A stretch of DNA of 61,442 bases, counting the filler. It is 9 parts of 9 records of this genome, joined end to end, with 100 filler letters (N's around TTAATTAATTAA, not from the genome) between each part and the next. Parts side by side here need not be neighbours in the genome. Positions count along the whole stretch, not along the records: positions 37,885 to 43,818 come from SRR31147125_55944; positions 43,919 to 50,612 come from SRR31147125_55949; positions 50,713 to 56,135 come from SRR31147125_55963; 6 more parts are not named here. One strand, given 5' to 3'. A model generated the notes under the pieces. It made no database searches. It saw only the letters and a list, made by a program, of their open reading frames with translations, and was not told the origin of the DNA. The position numbers and the translations under genes are program-made. This document shows, piece after piece, positions 41,193-51,743 of the stretch (the stretch's first letter is position 1; the number at the start of each line of letters is the position of its first letter).

Positions 41193-42716
41193 ATGGACAA
41201 AAAAGTACGTGACAAAAAAACTATTTTCCTGACTGGCGCGTCCGGGAATATGGGATATGAGACATTCAAGCTGCTGTACACCAGCGGCAAATACAACCTG
41301 CGCTTGCTGGTGCTTCCCGATAAGGCCGGAAAACAAAAATTCGGCTCTTTCTATCCGGAAAACAGGCCGAAGATACCATCTGATATTCACATCTTCTGGG
41401 GAGATCTGACCAGGTATGAAGATGTTCAGGAGGCCATGGGCGAACCCGACATCGTCCTGCACGTGGGTGCGATGATTCCCCCGGCAGCCGATCATCATCC
41501 CGATCTGGCCCGTACGATAAACTACGGCGGTACGCAGCATGTTATCCGGGCTATACAGGCATTGGAGAATCCGCACGCTGTAAAACTGGTCTTCATCGGA
41601 ACAGTCGCGGAGATGGGCAACCGCCTGCCGCCAGTGCATTGGGAACGGGTTGGCGATCCAATCATGATCAGTCGCCACGATGCCTACGCGGAAAGCAAGG
41701 TGATGGCCGAACGGGCGGTCATTGAATCAGGGCTGGAGCACTGGGTCTCCCTCAGGCAGACTGCCATGCTCTACCCCAACCTGTTCGATAAGCTCGATCC
41801 GATCATCTACCATCAACCTCTGAATACTCACATGGAATGGGTCACTGTCTACGATTCAGCCCGTGCGCTTTTCAATATCTGTGAAAAGACATCCGAAGAT
41901 ACTCTGGATGAGAGTTTCTGGAAACAGGTTTACAATATCGGGGGTGGCAAGGATTTTCGGAAGACCAATATAGAGTTTATGGAGGCGGCTTTCGGTATGC
42001 TGGGAATTTCCGATATGCGGAAAGTGGTTAATCCAAACTGGTTCGCTACGGAAAACTTCCACGGCTGCTGGTTTCTTGACTCGGACAGGCTTGAGAACAT
42101 TCTGCACTATCGTAGAGATTCCTTTGAGGGCTTTTTGCGTGAAGTGGAATCGAATCTGCCTGTAAAAAAACGTATTCGGCGATTCATCACCAGATTTATT
42201 CCGAGCTGGATGGTGAAGTATTTTGTCATGCTGCCGGTGGCGAAGGCCAAGCACGGCACTATCTACTCGTTGAAAAAACAGATGGAAGAGTTAATCATCT
42301 CGTTCTGGGGTTCTCTGCCCACATGGCTGAATCTGCCCAAGAAATGGGAGCATACCATCATCGATAAAAACCCGGATGCTCAGCGTATCCTGCATGGATA
42401 CAATGAAAAAAAACCTGTGTCCCAGCTGAATCTGGATGATATGCGGCAGGCGGCTGATTTTCGGGGTGGTTCCTGTCTGTCGGAGCAGATGGAGCCCGGT
42501 AATATTTCTGAACCGCTGCAGTGGGAATGCAGCTCCGGGCATCAATTCTCGGCATCTCCCCGACTTATTCTGCATACCGGGCACTGGTGTCCCTACTGCG
42601 ATATTGATTCCGTACGTTATCCTGAGCTGGGAGCGGAGAATAAATTCCTGCATCAGGTTACCCGCGGCTCCGTTAAAGATCGGAAAAAACCGGGGCGAAA
42701 GCTGGTTCTTCCGTAG
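41193..42716 (+). CDS. NAD-dependent epimerase/dehydratase with C-terminal Zn-ribbon-like domain
   Basis: TGASGNMG, YAESK, YNIGGG; C-terminal WECSSGH...WCPYC. Confidence 0.85.
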   Translation: MDKKVRDKKTIFLTGASGNMGYETFKLLYTSGKYNLRLLVLPDKAGKQKFGSFYPENRPKIPSDIHIFWGDLTRYEDVQEAMGEPDIVLHVGAMIPPAADHHPDLARTINYGGTQHVIRAIQALENPHAVKLVFIGTVAEMGNRLPPVHWERVGDPIMISRHDAYAESKVMAERAVIESGLEHWVSLRQTAMLYPNLFDKLDPIIYHQPLNTHMEWVTVYDSARALFNICEKTSEDTLDESFWKQVYNIGGGKDFRKTNIEFMEAAFGMLGISDMRKVVNPNWFATENFHGCWFLDSDRLENILHYRRDSFEGFLREVESNLPVKKRIRRFITRFIPSWMVKYFVMLPVAKAKHGTIYSLKKQMEELIISFWGSLPTWLNLPKKWEHTIIDKNPDAQRILHGYNEKKPVSQLNLDDMRQAADFRGGSCLSEQMEPGNISEPLQWECSSGHQFSASPRLILHTGHWCPYCDIDSVRYPELGAENKFLHQVTRGSVKDRKKPGRKLVLP

Positions 42717-42765
42717 CCTGAAAAAAATATAGATTGATGGTCTGAACTCCTTTATACTGTTGCTG

Positions 42766-43270
42766 ATGGGAAAATCAGAACGTTTCCGAAAGATACTGTA
42801 TACTCCTCCCGCGATAGTCCTGCTGAGTCTGCACTGCTGGATTATGATGGCATGCTACGATATGCGATTGAAATTACTCCCCGCGCGATGGAATCGGCGT
42901 ATGATCTCCCGGATGCCTGCCGGATTCTGGTGGTGGGGATAGCCGTCAATATACTTCCCCTCCACGAACAGATGCTGTACAGAAACTTGTGGTGAACATA
43001 TCAACTGGAGTGCGTTACGCGGCATATGCGCCACTCATATTCAATATGTCATGTCTGCGGCGCTCGCTCGTCATTCGGCGTTTTCTGACAAAAAGAGGAT
43101 ATCCTGCCAAGCTGGTGTACGGGATCAGGAAAGATTCTACACGCACGGCAAATGCGCCATCTACTGATTCACAGAGCAATCGTCTCCTGGCTCATGCCTG
43201 GATTGAGGTTGATGGACTGGTAATCGATACAATGGGTGGTGAGAAGGGATCGTATTCAACACTGCGATAG
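42766..43270 (+). CDS. Lasso-peptide B2-like transglutaminase-fold protein (frameshift within 42905-42939)
   Basis: SCLRRSL...LVYGIRK...AHAWIE motif (Cys/His); N-terminal part lies in another frame. Confidence 0.75.
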
Positions 43271-43271
43271 A

Positions 43272-43547
43272 CTATTTCTCGTCTATATGTATCAACTCTT
43301 TTGAGAGAAGTGTTTCCAGCAGTTCATCTAGATCTTTCCTGATAATATCTTCTGAGACAGAGAACTTCGTGACCGCGATTTGGATGGTTTTTTCCTTATC
43401 CTGATGTTCCAGCAGCAGTTCGAGCAGCAGCGTACCGGTTTTGTTGATACCGAAGTATTCACCCTTCTCGGTATCCATCAGCACCAGTTCGTCATCAATT
43501 TTATTTTGGTATACGTTGGGTGTAAAATCAATCATCAGCTGCCTCAC
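43272..43547 (-). CDS. PqqD-family RiPP recognition element (B1-like)
   Basis: IDDELVLMD..KGEYFGINKTG.....L...DLDELLETL..KELI. Confidence 0.88.
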   Translation of the reverse strand: MRQLMIDFTPNVYQNKIDDELVLMDTEKGEYFGINKTGTLLLELLLEHQDKEKTIQIAVTKFSVSEDIIRKDLDELLETLLSKELIHIDEK

Positions 43548-43818
43548 AACATATCTTTTTCCAGAACATCTATTACCTTTCCGGGATCTATCCCCGCCTC
43601 GGGAAGCTCTACCAGGAATATCTGGACACTATTGCATAACTTTACCAAATTTGCAAATTTCTGCTGCTGATCATCCACCCCTTCCATGACGATCACATGT
43701 TTGAGCATATGCTTCACAGTACTCATTCCCGATAGCCGTTTAATGGAAATGGCGCTTTCAGACGTTCTCTGCAGTATACAGATGCTGTCCAGATGTTCTG
43801 CCTGCGGTGCCGCGGTAC
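43544..43818 (-). CDS. C-terminus of a possible HPr-kinase-like protein (5' truncated)
   Basis: Frame open from the contig edge (LDSICILQR..ISIKRLSG); GTGA overlap with the PqqD gene. Confidence 0.4.
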
Positions 43819-43918
43819 NNNNNNNNNNNNNNNNNNNNNNNNNNNNNNNNNNNNNNNNNNNNTTAATTAATTAANNNNNNNNNNNNNNNNNNNNNNNNNN
43901 NNNNNNNNNNNNNNNNNN
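43819..43918. other. Artificial contig linker
   Basis: N44-TTAATTAATTAA-N44. Confidence 0.98.
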
Positions 43919-44849
43919 GGATGCGGCAGACCACCGGCTCGGGCTGACCGAACCAGGCCCGATTTTCACCATCCGTGGCGGCCTCAAAGCGGAGCCATTG
44001 ACGCACATCGCGGCTGTCGAGGGGCACCTGAATCTCCAGAAGTCGATCGTCGGCCATCACCACCAGGGGTTTTCCGGGCGAGACATACTGACCCTGCTCG
44101 ACATCAGCCATGGTGAGCCGACCACCGAACGGGGCCCGGATCTCGCATCGCTCCAGATTGGCCTGGGCCTGCTGCAGACGTGCCCGGGCAGCCGCCAGAC
44201 TGCTCTTGGCCTCTTTGATACGAATGGGGTAGAGAGAGACCGCCTGGTCCATCTGGTCCACCTGGTCCATCGCCGCGTTGTAGGCCTGTTCGGCCCGATC
44301 CACGCTCGAACGGGTCCCCACCTTGTGTTCGGTGAGCAGATTGCGGACGCGCTCAAACTCAGATTTGGCCAGATCCCGGCTCCGCTCGAGGGTCTTCAGG
44401 CGGTGGGCGTCGATGACGGCCTGTTTCTCCAGCCGCACCACCACACTGGCCAGCTGGTCCACCTCGGCCCGTCCCTGGGCGGCAGCTGCGGCGTAGTTGC
44501 GATCATCGATCTGAAGCAGCAGCTCATCGGCGCCAATCAGCTCACCGACCCGCAACCGGGAATGGACAGCCACCACCCTTCCGGCCACCTCGGCCGAGAT
44601 GTTCACCGCCTTGACCGTCCGCACCTCACCATAGCCGGTGATGGTGACCGGAATCGACGCCGCCCTGACCGGCAGCACCTTGACCTTCAGGGGGCGCTCG
44701 CCGCTCTGCACTTCCGCCGGCGGCGTCTTCAGACTGGCCAACGTGACAAAACCGCCAAGCCCCACCAGAACTATCAGAGCCGAGACCACCACCCGCAACG
44801 TATAGCGCTGACGTACGGGTTTGACATCAGGATCTGGCTGGTTACTCAT
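43919..44849 (-). CDS. RND efflux periplasmic adaptor, 3' truncated
   Basis: SAEVAGRV..G..LLQID, long coiled coil, IRAPFGG, GQYVSPG. Confidence 0.88.
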
Positions 44850-44900
44850 TGCATCACCTCTCTTGCCCCTTGCATTGCTAAATCTAAAACGTGCGGCACA

Positions 44901-45389
44901 CTATACCGGCATGCCGAAGCCGTAAGCATCGTCTTCCGAAAAAACCTTTTCTATCGAAGCCAGCACATCGCACCATTTCCGGGTGGTTTCCGGCCCCAGC
45001 TTCTGAACCAATCCCTGAAAAAGCCTGAACAGACTCTCCTCCACCGCCTCGATCTGTTTGACCGCCTCGGGCGATATGCGCACCTCCACCTTGCGACGAT
45101 CCTCACTGCTGTGCTCACGCAGCAGGATCCCCTTCTCGACCAGCCGATCGACCATGGCCGACGCCGACGGCGCCGAAATCCCCAACTGCTCGGCCAAAAC
45201 CCCCATGGAGAGCGGCCCCTGCTTTCTGACGATGGAGATGGCATTCATCTGCGCCACGGACAACTCGCTGCCCAGGCTGGTCGCCTTGTTCGCCAGATGC
45301 CGGCTGTGAACCTTCAAGATCTGCTCATGGATCATGCGGCCGGTGGTAAAAATAAATCGCGCCTGTTCCATTTCGTTTTGCATGTTCAT
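44901..45389 (-). CDS. MarR family regulator
   Basis: LAEQLGISAPSASAMVDRLVEKG...EDRRKV. Confidence 0.92.
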   Translation of the reverse strand: MNMQNEMEQARFIFTTGRMIHEQILKVHSRHLANKATSLGSELSVAQMNAISIVRKQGPLSMGVLAEQLGISAPSASAMVDRLVEKGILLREHSSEDRRKVEVRISPEAVKQIEAVEESLFRLFQGLVQKLGPETTRKWCDVLASIEKVFSEDDAYGFGMPV

Positions 45390-45841
45390 AAAGCCACCTA
45401 ATAGTTATCTGAATTAAATTTTCATTAGTGTAATATTTAGCATGTCTAATTTGCCGACCTTAGCGACCCCCTTCAATTTTGTCAACTCAACACGCACCAG
45501 AGTATATATCGCCGACGAATAAGCTTAGCGCCAATCCAATTACAAAAATTGTCACCCGCTCTAAATTTATTTGAAGCTTCGTCTTTACCGCTACTTTTCC
45601 ATCTGAAATTATTAAACAATTCGATCAGGCCGAAAACCGCATGCAGCCGAAACCGGCATGGCGCCGGAGAAACCCTTAAATGTTTTAATAGCTCAACAGA
45701 AAAATGTTCACGGGCCGCTCCCCGAATCGTGCCGGACCCCATTTGATCTCGACACAGCGCAATATTTAAAATACCGTATTTAAACCAATTTTAAGTAGGC
45801 ATACGTCTATCTGACGATCACCGGCTGCTTTTAAAAAACAA

Positions 45842-45857
45842 TGGTATGTTTATTGCT
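45842..45857 (+). promoter_or_regulatory. Sigma54-type -24/-12 promoter
   Basis: TGGTAT-N5-TTGCT (GG-N10-GC) about 45 bp upstream of the pilin cluster. Confidence 0.65.
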
Positions 45858-45899
45858 TCAACTTTCGAGAAACTAAACGACTAATGGTGAGGATGCCAA

Positions 45900-46466
45900 A
45901 TGAGACGGTCAATTATTCCAAAATCAAGGGAAGCGACCCTGACAGGCGGTGCGAAGCGCGCCCGCACGGGCTTTACTTTAATCGAGCTGATGATCGTGGT
46001 CGCTGTGCTCAGCATCATGCTTGCCGTGGGGGTTCCCGCCATCAGGGCCATCGTCAACCGGGCCGGGGCTCAATACGCAGCAGACGAGCTATACGGCATC
46101 CTGATGGAGGCCAAAATAAGGGCCGTGCGCTCGAACACCAACTGTTCGGTCACGTTCAATATGCCGCCGGCCAACTCTTACAACCGAATCTGTCTTGACG
46201 AGGTGGCCAGAGGAGAAGCCGGAGAAACGGTCTGGCTTGGAAAGTACCGCGGAACCGTCCAATTTACCGTTTCCCCCAACGCAGCCGATCCGGGACCGAC
46301 AGGGGTGATCACATTTACACCCCAGGGGTTTGCTCCTATTGCCGGACAGTCCGGCCCTGTCTATATCCAGGAGGTCGACAACAATATTTTTTACAGGGTG
46401 CGCACACTTGTCGCGGGCGCAACCGATGTAGACCGTTTTGCAAGAGCAACCGGCCAGTGGGAATAA
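45900..46466 (+). CDS. Type IV minor pilin, FimT/FimU/GspH-like
   Basis: Prepilin site GFTLIELMIVV; ITFTPQG. Confidence 0.88.
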   Translation: MRRSIIPKSREATLTGGAKRARTGFTLIELMIVVAVLSIMLAVGVPAIRAIVNRAGAQYAADELYGILMEAKIRAVRSNTNCSVTFNMPPANSYNRICLDEVARGEAGETVWLGKYRGTVQFTVSPNAADPGPTGVITFTPQGFAPIAGQSGPVYIQEVDNNIFYRVRTLVAGATDVDRFARATGQWE

Positions 46467-46476
46467 GGAGTCAACT

Positions 46477-47457
46477 ATGGCGAGCCCTCGTTTACAGCAA
46501 CCAACGAATAATGCATACCGCTCGAAGGGGTATTCCCTGGTCGAATTGCTGATAGTCATTGTCGTGGCTTCGGTCATCTCCCTCGCAGCGTACACCACTT
46601 ACAGCATGCAATCCACCACCTATACGACCCAACGCGAGGTTTCCAGCATGCAGCAGGAGCTGCGCGGATCGCTTTACATCCTGGCATGGGATATCCGCAA
46701 CGCCCTGAGGGATCAGAGACCGCAGCAGCGCAACCGGTTTTTGCCAGGCCTGATGGGTTGGGTCGACAGTGTCGGCAATGCGAGCAACGACCCCAACATC
46801 GCCTATCCTGCCTTGTGTTTCGACTCCATGAGGGTAGATATTGACGGCGACATGGTTTTCGACACCACCAACACCATCGCCTACCGGATCTTTGATCAAG
46901 ATGCCGATGGCATCACGGGACTGTACCGGGCGGTAGTGCCTGCGGGAGCGGTGATAAACTGGAACAGCCCTGCTGTGGCATCACTGGTGGCCGATGGCGT
47001 ACAGGCCATCAACTTCGCCTACGCTTTCGACAGCAACCGGGACGGTCGCGTGGAGCGCTGGAATACCCCTCCCGGCGCCAATCCCGGCAACAGCGCCATC
47101 ATCTGGGCCGTGGACAGCGACAACAACCAGACCCTGGATTCCATCCTCGACACCAATAATGATGGCATGGTCAATGAATTCGACGACGCCAGCGGAGACT
47201 ATCTCATCACGTTCGCCGACGACGGCAACCTCGCCACCCACATGCCTTCGCCGGTCAATATAGACAGAATCAGAGCCGTCCGCATCGATCTGCTGATGAT
47301 CTCCGACCGGCAGTTCAACGACAACACCATTGAACAAAAGGTCTTTACCGTCGGTAATAGAATCTTTGATTACTCGCCCGGCGGCAATATGGCCCCGGAT
47401 CGATTCAAACGCCGGGTCATGTCCATCGAAGTGTCACTGCGGAACTATATCCGCTAA
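46477..47457 (+). CDS. Type IV minor pilin, PilW-like
   Basis: GYSLVELLIV; Q.ELR...DIR.A; C-terminal SLRN. Confidence 0.85.
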   Translation: MASPRLQQPTNNAYRSKGYSLVELLIVIVVASVISLAAYTTYSMQSTTYTTQREVSSMQQELRGSLYILAWDIRNALRDQRPQQRNRFLPGLMGWVDSVGNASNDPNIAYPALCFDSMRVDIDGDMVFDTTNTIAYRIFDQDADGITGLYRAVVPAGAVINWNSPAVASLVADGVQAINFAYAFDSNRDGRVERWNTPPGANPGNSAIIWAVDSDNNQTLDSILDTNNDGMVNEFDDASGDYLITFADDGNLATHMPSPVNIDRIRAVRIDLLMISDRQFNDNTIEQKVFTVGNRIFDYSPGGNMAPDRFKRRVMSIEVSLRNYIR

Positions 47458-47487
47458 CCGGAAAAGTCCTGAAAGGAAGACGACACC

Positions 47488-47937
47488 ATGTTTGCGCCCC
47501 TTAAATCCATCAAACGCCCAAGGTCCGGACAGAAGGGCTTTACCCTGGTTGAAGCGATGCTTGGCCTGGCCGTCTTCAGCGTCGGCATACTGGCGGTGGC
47601 GGGAATGAAGGTGGTCACCATGAACACCAACACGGCAGCCAATGCGTCAACGAAAGTCACCAACGAATCGATCGGTACGGTCGAACGCGTCTTCTCCATG
47701 AACTGGGATGCGGCCAGCGCCCAATCGATCCCCTGTACCGCGCCCCAGCCGGCCGGGCCGGCGGGAGAGCTTGAGGTGAGCTGGTGTATCACCGAGGCGC
47801 CGACGGCAGGCACACTGGCCATGACGGATGAGGCCGGCCGCCCCACGGTGAGGCTGATAACAGTGACAATCACGGACCCGGATGGCAAGGGCGGTCGACG
47901 CAACTCAACGCTCAGACTTCTCAAACCGAAAATGTAG
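47488..47937 (+). CDS. Type IV minor pilin, PilV-like
   Basis: GFTLVEAMLGLAVFSVGILAVAGM. Confidence 0.85.
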   Translation: MFAPLKSIKRPRSGQKGFTLVEAMLGLAVFSVGILAVAGMKVVTMNTNTAANASTKVTNESIGTVERVFSMNWDAASAQSIPCTAPQPAGPAGELEVSWCITEAPTAGTLAMTDEAGRPTVRLITVTITDPDGKGGRRNSTLRLLKPKM

Positions 47938-47953
47938 CCCCAGGAGAGACACC

Positions 47954-48592
47954 ATGAGATATTGCAAACCCTATTCAGGCGATCAGAGAGGATCGGTTTT
48001 GATCATCGTCATGCTGGTCCTCCTCGCGATAACTGTCCTGTCGGTGACCATGATCAATTTCTCGACCCAGGAGATGAAGGCGGCCGGCAACTACAAACAC
48101 AGCCAAACGGCCTTTTACAACGGCGACAGCGGCGTTTACGCAACCCCCAAGTTCATCCGCCTGCTAAACGACTGGTCGGAGCCCCTGGCCGAAGGTGATC
48201 CGAATCGAATCGGATGCGTCCAATACCTCAACACCTCCGGCGGCAATGCGGGACAGGAGATTCTTGACAGAATCCAGGGGACCAAAGGGGTCACCGATGT
48301 CACGGCCGTTTTTAACGGCGATCCGGTCACCGAACAGGATCCCAACGCCGCCGACATCAGTATGAATGGCTGCAATATCGATGCGGCCATCAACATCGTC
48401 TGGCTGGGTTTCGACCGACAGAGCGCCAGCGGCGACGGTACGGAATTCGGTATCGCGTCGGACGGCCTGGGCGGCGGCGGCGGAGCGGTCGCCATGCGAT
48501 ACCGCCTGGTCAGCACCGGGCAGGACAGCCAGAACAACTCTCACACCGTTCGCGGCATATACCGATTTAAAAAGATTCCCGGAGGACTTTAA
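47954..48592 (+). CDS. Type IV minor pilin, PilX-like
   Basis: QRGSVLIIVML with no Glu5; AGN...AFYNGDSG; YRLVSTG. Confidence 0.85.
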   Translation: MRYCKPYSGDQRGSVLIIVMLVLLAITVLSVTMINFSTQEMKAAGNYKHSQTAFYNGDSGVYATPKFIRLLNDWSEPLAEGDPNRIGCVQYLNTSGGNAGQEILDRIQGTKGVTDVTAVFNGDPVTEQDPNAADISMNGCNIDAAINIVWLGFDRQSASGDGTEFGIASDGLGGGGGAVAMRYRLVSTGQDSQNNSHTVRGIYRFKKIPGGL

Positions 48593-48593
48593 T

Positions 48594-50612
48594 ATGAATT
48601 CACGAATCCTGACCATTTTCGTATTGATCGCGGTGCTACTGCCTGCGGGAACGGCTTCAGCCATTCCGAACATGTCCCAGTATTCGGACAGTCCGGTCTT
48701 CATCACCCAGTCGGTGCCCCCCAACATCATGATTATTCTGGACAACTCGGGCAGTATGGACTTTAACGCCTACGGCTCCTGGCCGGGCGAAGGCAACACC
48801 GTCAATGACGAGCCATATGCGGGCGCCCCTTACAACAAAGCACGCACCTACACCATCCTCGCCAATGCCGACGACATGGAAGAGCGCTACACCGACGGCG
48901 GCGTTTGGGACGGAAGCGATGATCTCGATTTTGGAGAGTTCATCACCGCCATGCGCTTTCAAGATGTGGACATCCCCCAGGGCGCCACGGTCAGCTACGC
49001 CTCCATCGGATTCATCGCCAAGGAGAACGGCACCGGCACGAGCGATCTGACCATCGATGCGGAACTCAGCGATGACGCACCGCCTTTGCAGGCGGTCACC
49101 AACAACATCACCGGCCGTACCGGCACGACAGCAACCGTGCCGTGGAGTCCGAACGACTGGGACGGCGGCGACCCTTACAGCACGGATGACCTTGCCGCCA
49201 TCGTAAACGAATTGGTCGGCCAGGCCGGATGGCAGTCCGGCAACGCCATGCTCTTTCGCATCTATGGAACCGGCATGGCTGCCACCGGCATCCGCAGAGC
49301 CTGGAACCGCGACAGAGGGGCCGGCACCGCTCCCGTCCTCAGAATCACCGTTGACGATCCGGGCGACCACAAATATTACGGCTACTTCAATCCGGACTAT
49401 TTCTACAGCTATGACAGCGGCCCGGGCATTTTCAGGTACGCCTACAAGAAAGTGAAGTATAACGAGGCGGCGGGCTCATGGGATGTGGAGACCCTGGGGG
49501 GCGGATCGGGTACACTGGCCAACACCCAGATCGCCACGGGCTCATCCACAACCGGTTTGTGGGACGGCAACTTCCTCAATTGGCTGTGCATGCGCCGCAT
49601 CGATATTCTGCGAAAAGTCCTTTTCGGTGGTGACACCAAAAACAACCGCGACGGCAGTGGCCAGCAGACGCTCTATGGCGAAGAGGACGGTTCCGACTGG
49701 TACCGGAATTTTGAAGATACGGCCTCGGCCGTGTCGCCCTACACCGGCCTTCGCAGCTATTGGGTCAACAATGGGTATATCTATGTTGCCGGCCGGTATT
49801 TCTATATCCGCGTTGAAAAGGATGTGGCCAGAGAACCGGCGGATTTCCATAACTATGACAACGGCGACAACCTGGCCGGCGTGGTTCAAAAGATCTGGGA
49901 CATGGCCGAATGGGGCAACATCTGGTTTCGTTCCGGCACCGGAACCGGCAACAACGGCGGATTCCTGGACAATGCCATCGGGGCCGACGAGGTTGACTTC
50001 GTGCGGGACCTCGAGGCCAGGGACCCCAGCACATGGACACCGCTGGCGGAAACGTTCTATACGGCCATGCAATACTTCCGGCAGGAGTATCCCCAGGGCG
50101 GCCTGGGCTACTACAGCGATGCAATCCCCAACGACACGAAGGGCGATGCCGACGACCCGTTCTACCGCAACGGCGGCACCGTGCCGTGCGCCAAGAGCTA
50201 TGTCATCATGCTGACGGACGGCGCCTCGACCCAGGACAGCCAGATTCCCAGTTCATTGAAAGATTACGACGGTGACGGCGACAGTACCGGATGTGTAGAG
50301 GGCAACAACGGCACCTCCTGCGACTACCCCAGTTACGGCACCGACTTTCTGGACGACGTGGCGCTATATGCCCACACCAATGATCTCCGACCGGAAGCGG
50401 AGATGGGGGACGACCAGACGATCACCCTCTACACCATCTACGCCTTCGGCAACGATCCCAACGCACGCGGCCTGTTGAGAGATGCGGCCAAAAACGGTGG
50501 TTTCAAAGACAGAAACAACAACAACCGGCCCGACGAACAGGAGGAGTGGGACGAAGATGGAGACGGCGTCCCGGACACCTATTACGAGGCAAGTGATGGA
50601 TACACCCTGGAA
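48594..50612 (+). CDS. PilY1/PilC-like tip adhesin with vWA domain, 3' truncated
   Basis: Signal peptide; PNIMIILDNSGS, TPLAETF, CAKSYVIMLTDG, LDDVA.Y....DLR, AAKNGG. Confidence 0.85.
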
Positions 50613-50712
50613 NNNNNNNNNNNNNNNNNNNNNNNNNNNNNNNNNNNNNNNNNNNNTTAATTAATTAANNNNNNNNNNNNNNNNNNNNNNNNNNNNNNNN
50701 NNNNNNNNNNNN
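50613..50712. other. Artificial contig linker
   Basis: N44-TTAATTAATTAA-N44. Confidence 0.98.
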
Positions 50713-50726
50713 AATAATATTATTAC

Positions 50727-51743
50727 TCAACAAGCCCTACTAATAAATTGATTATATTTAACCAGATTCTTTTTTAGCAAATTTGGGATGTCTAAGCTAT
50801 ACGGACACTTTTCCACACACTTTCTACACTCTAAACATTCCTCAATCTTTTTCATATTATCTTGCCATTCTTTAGTAACGAATTTCTGCCATACGGCTCT
50901 GTCTATCAATTGAGACATACGAGCGCAATTGTTAATTTGTATTTCAATAGGGCAAGAATTTAAGCAGTATCCGCACCCTCTGCAAAAATCTCCGCCTAGT
51001 TCATCTCTGTATCTTTTTATTTCTGCCTTTAGCTCATCATCCATAATTGGCAGATTCTTTTCTAGATGTAGAAAATCATCAATCTCTTCCTCTTTTTGAA
51101 CTCCCCAAATAGTAGAGATATTATCATACTGTTCAAAAAACGAAAATGCTACTTTAGGGTTATCAATTAATCCTCCGCCCATTCCTTTCATAGCTATTAT
51201 TCCTATATTGTTTTCTTTGCACTTTTCTATTAACCCTAAATCCTTTTCATCAGAAAGGCAAAAAATAGGGTATTGTAATGTCTCATATAATCCGCATTCT
51301 ATTGCATTTACTGCACTGTCATAACTATGTGCAGTAATACCTATATGCCTAATTATTCCCTCCTCCTTTAACTCAAGCATATATTGATACATAGGATTAT
51401 TCATTAAAGGAACATCTATAGCATTATGAAATTGATAAATATCTATATAATCAGTTTGCAGCATTTTAAGGCTTGTTTCAATATGCTTCTTCATTTCGTC
51501 CAAACTTTTGGCATGGGTTTTTGTAGCAATAATTACATCTTCCCTACAGTCCTCAAAAGCTATCCCCAACTTTTTCTCACTATCAGAATAAGCTCTAGCT
51601 GTATCAAAAAAATTAATTCCATTTTCTTTAGCCATTCTTAATAGTGCAACTGCATCATCTATTGAACACCTTTGAATAGGTAGTGCTCCAAAAGCAGTTT
51701 TGGTAATCCTAAGATTGGTCTTCCCCAGAATTATCTTTCTCAT
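50727..51743 (-). CDS. Aldo/keto reductase with C-terminal 4Fe-4S motifs
   Basis: FFDTARAY..SE, ATKT, DYIDIYQFH; CRGCGYC..CP and CLECRKCVEKCP. Confidence 0.9.
   Translation of the reverse strand: MRKIILGKTNLRITKTAFGALPIQRCSIDDAVALLRMAKENGINFFDTARAYSDSEKKLGIAFEDCREDVIIATKTHAKSLDEMKKHIETSLKMLQTDYIDIYQFHNAIDVPLMNNPMYQYMLELKEEGIIRHIGITAHSYDSAVNAIECGLYETLQYPIFCLSDEKDLGLIEKCKENNIGIIAMKGMGGGLIDNPKVAFSFFEQYDNISTIWGVQKEEEIDDFLHLEKNLPIMDDELKAEIKRYRDELGGDFCRGCGYCLNSCPIEIQINNCARMSQLIDRAVWQKFVTKEWQDNMKKIEECLECRKCVEKCPYSLDIPNLLKKNLVKYNQFISRAC

Noticed and set aside
43686-43874. ORFs translated through N runs (also at 43863 and 50482-50664)
   Set aside because: Artefacts of reading into the linker.
43998-45401. 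467-aa plus-strand ORF
   Set aside because: Antisense shadow of the well-supported MarR and MFP genes in a GC-rich contig.
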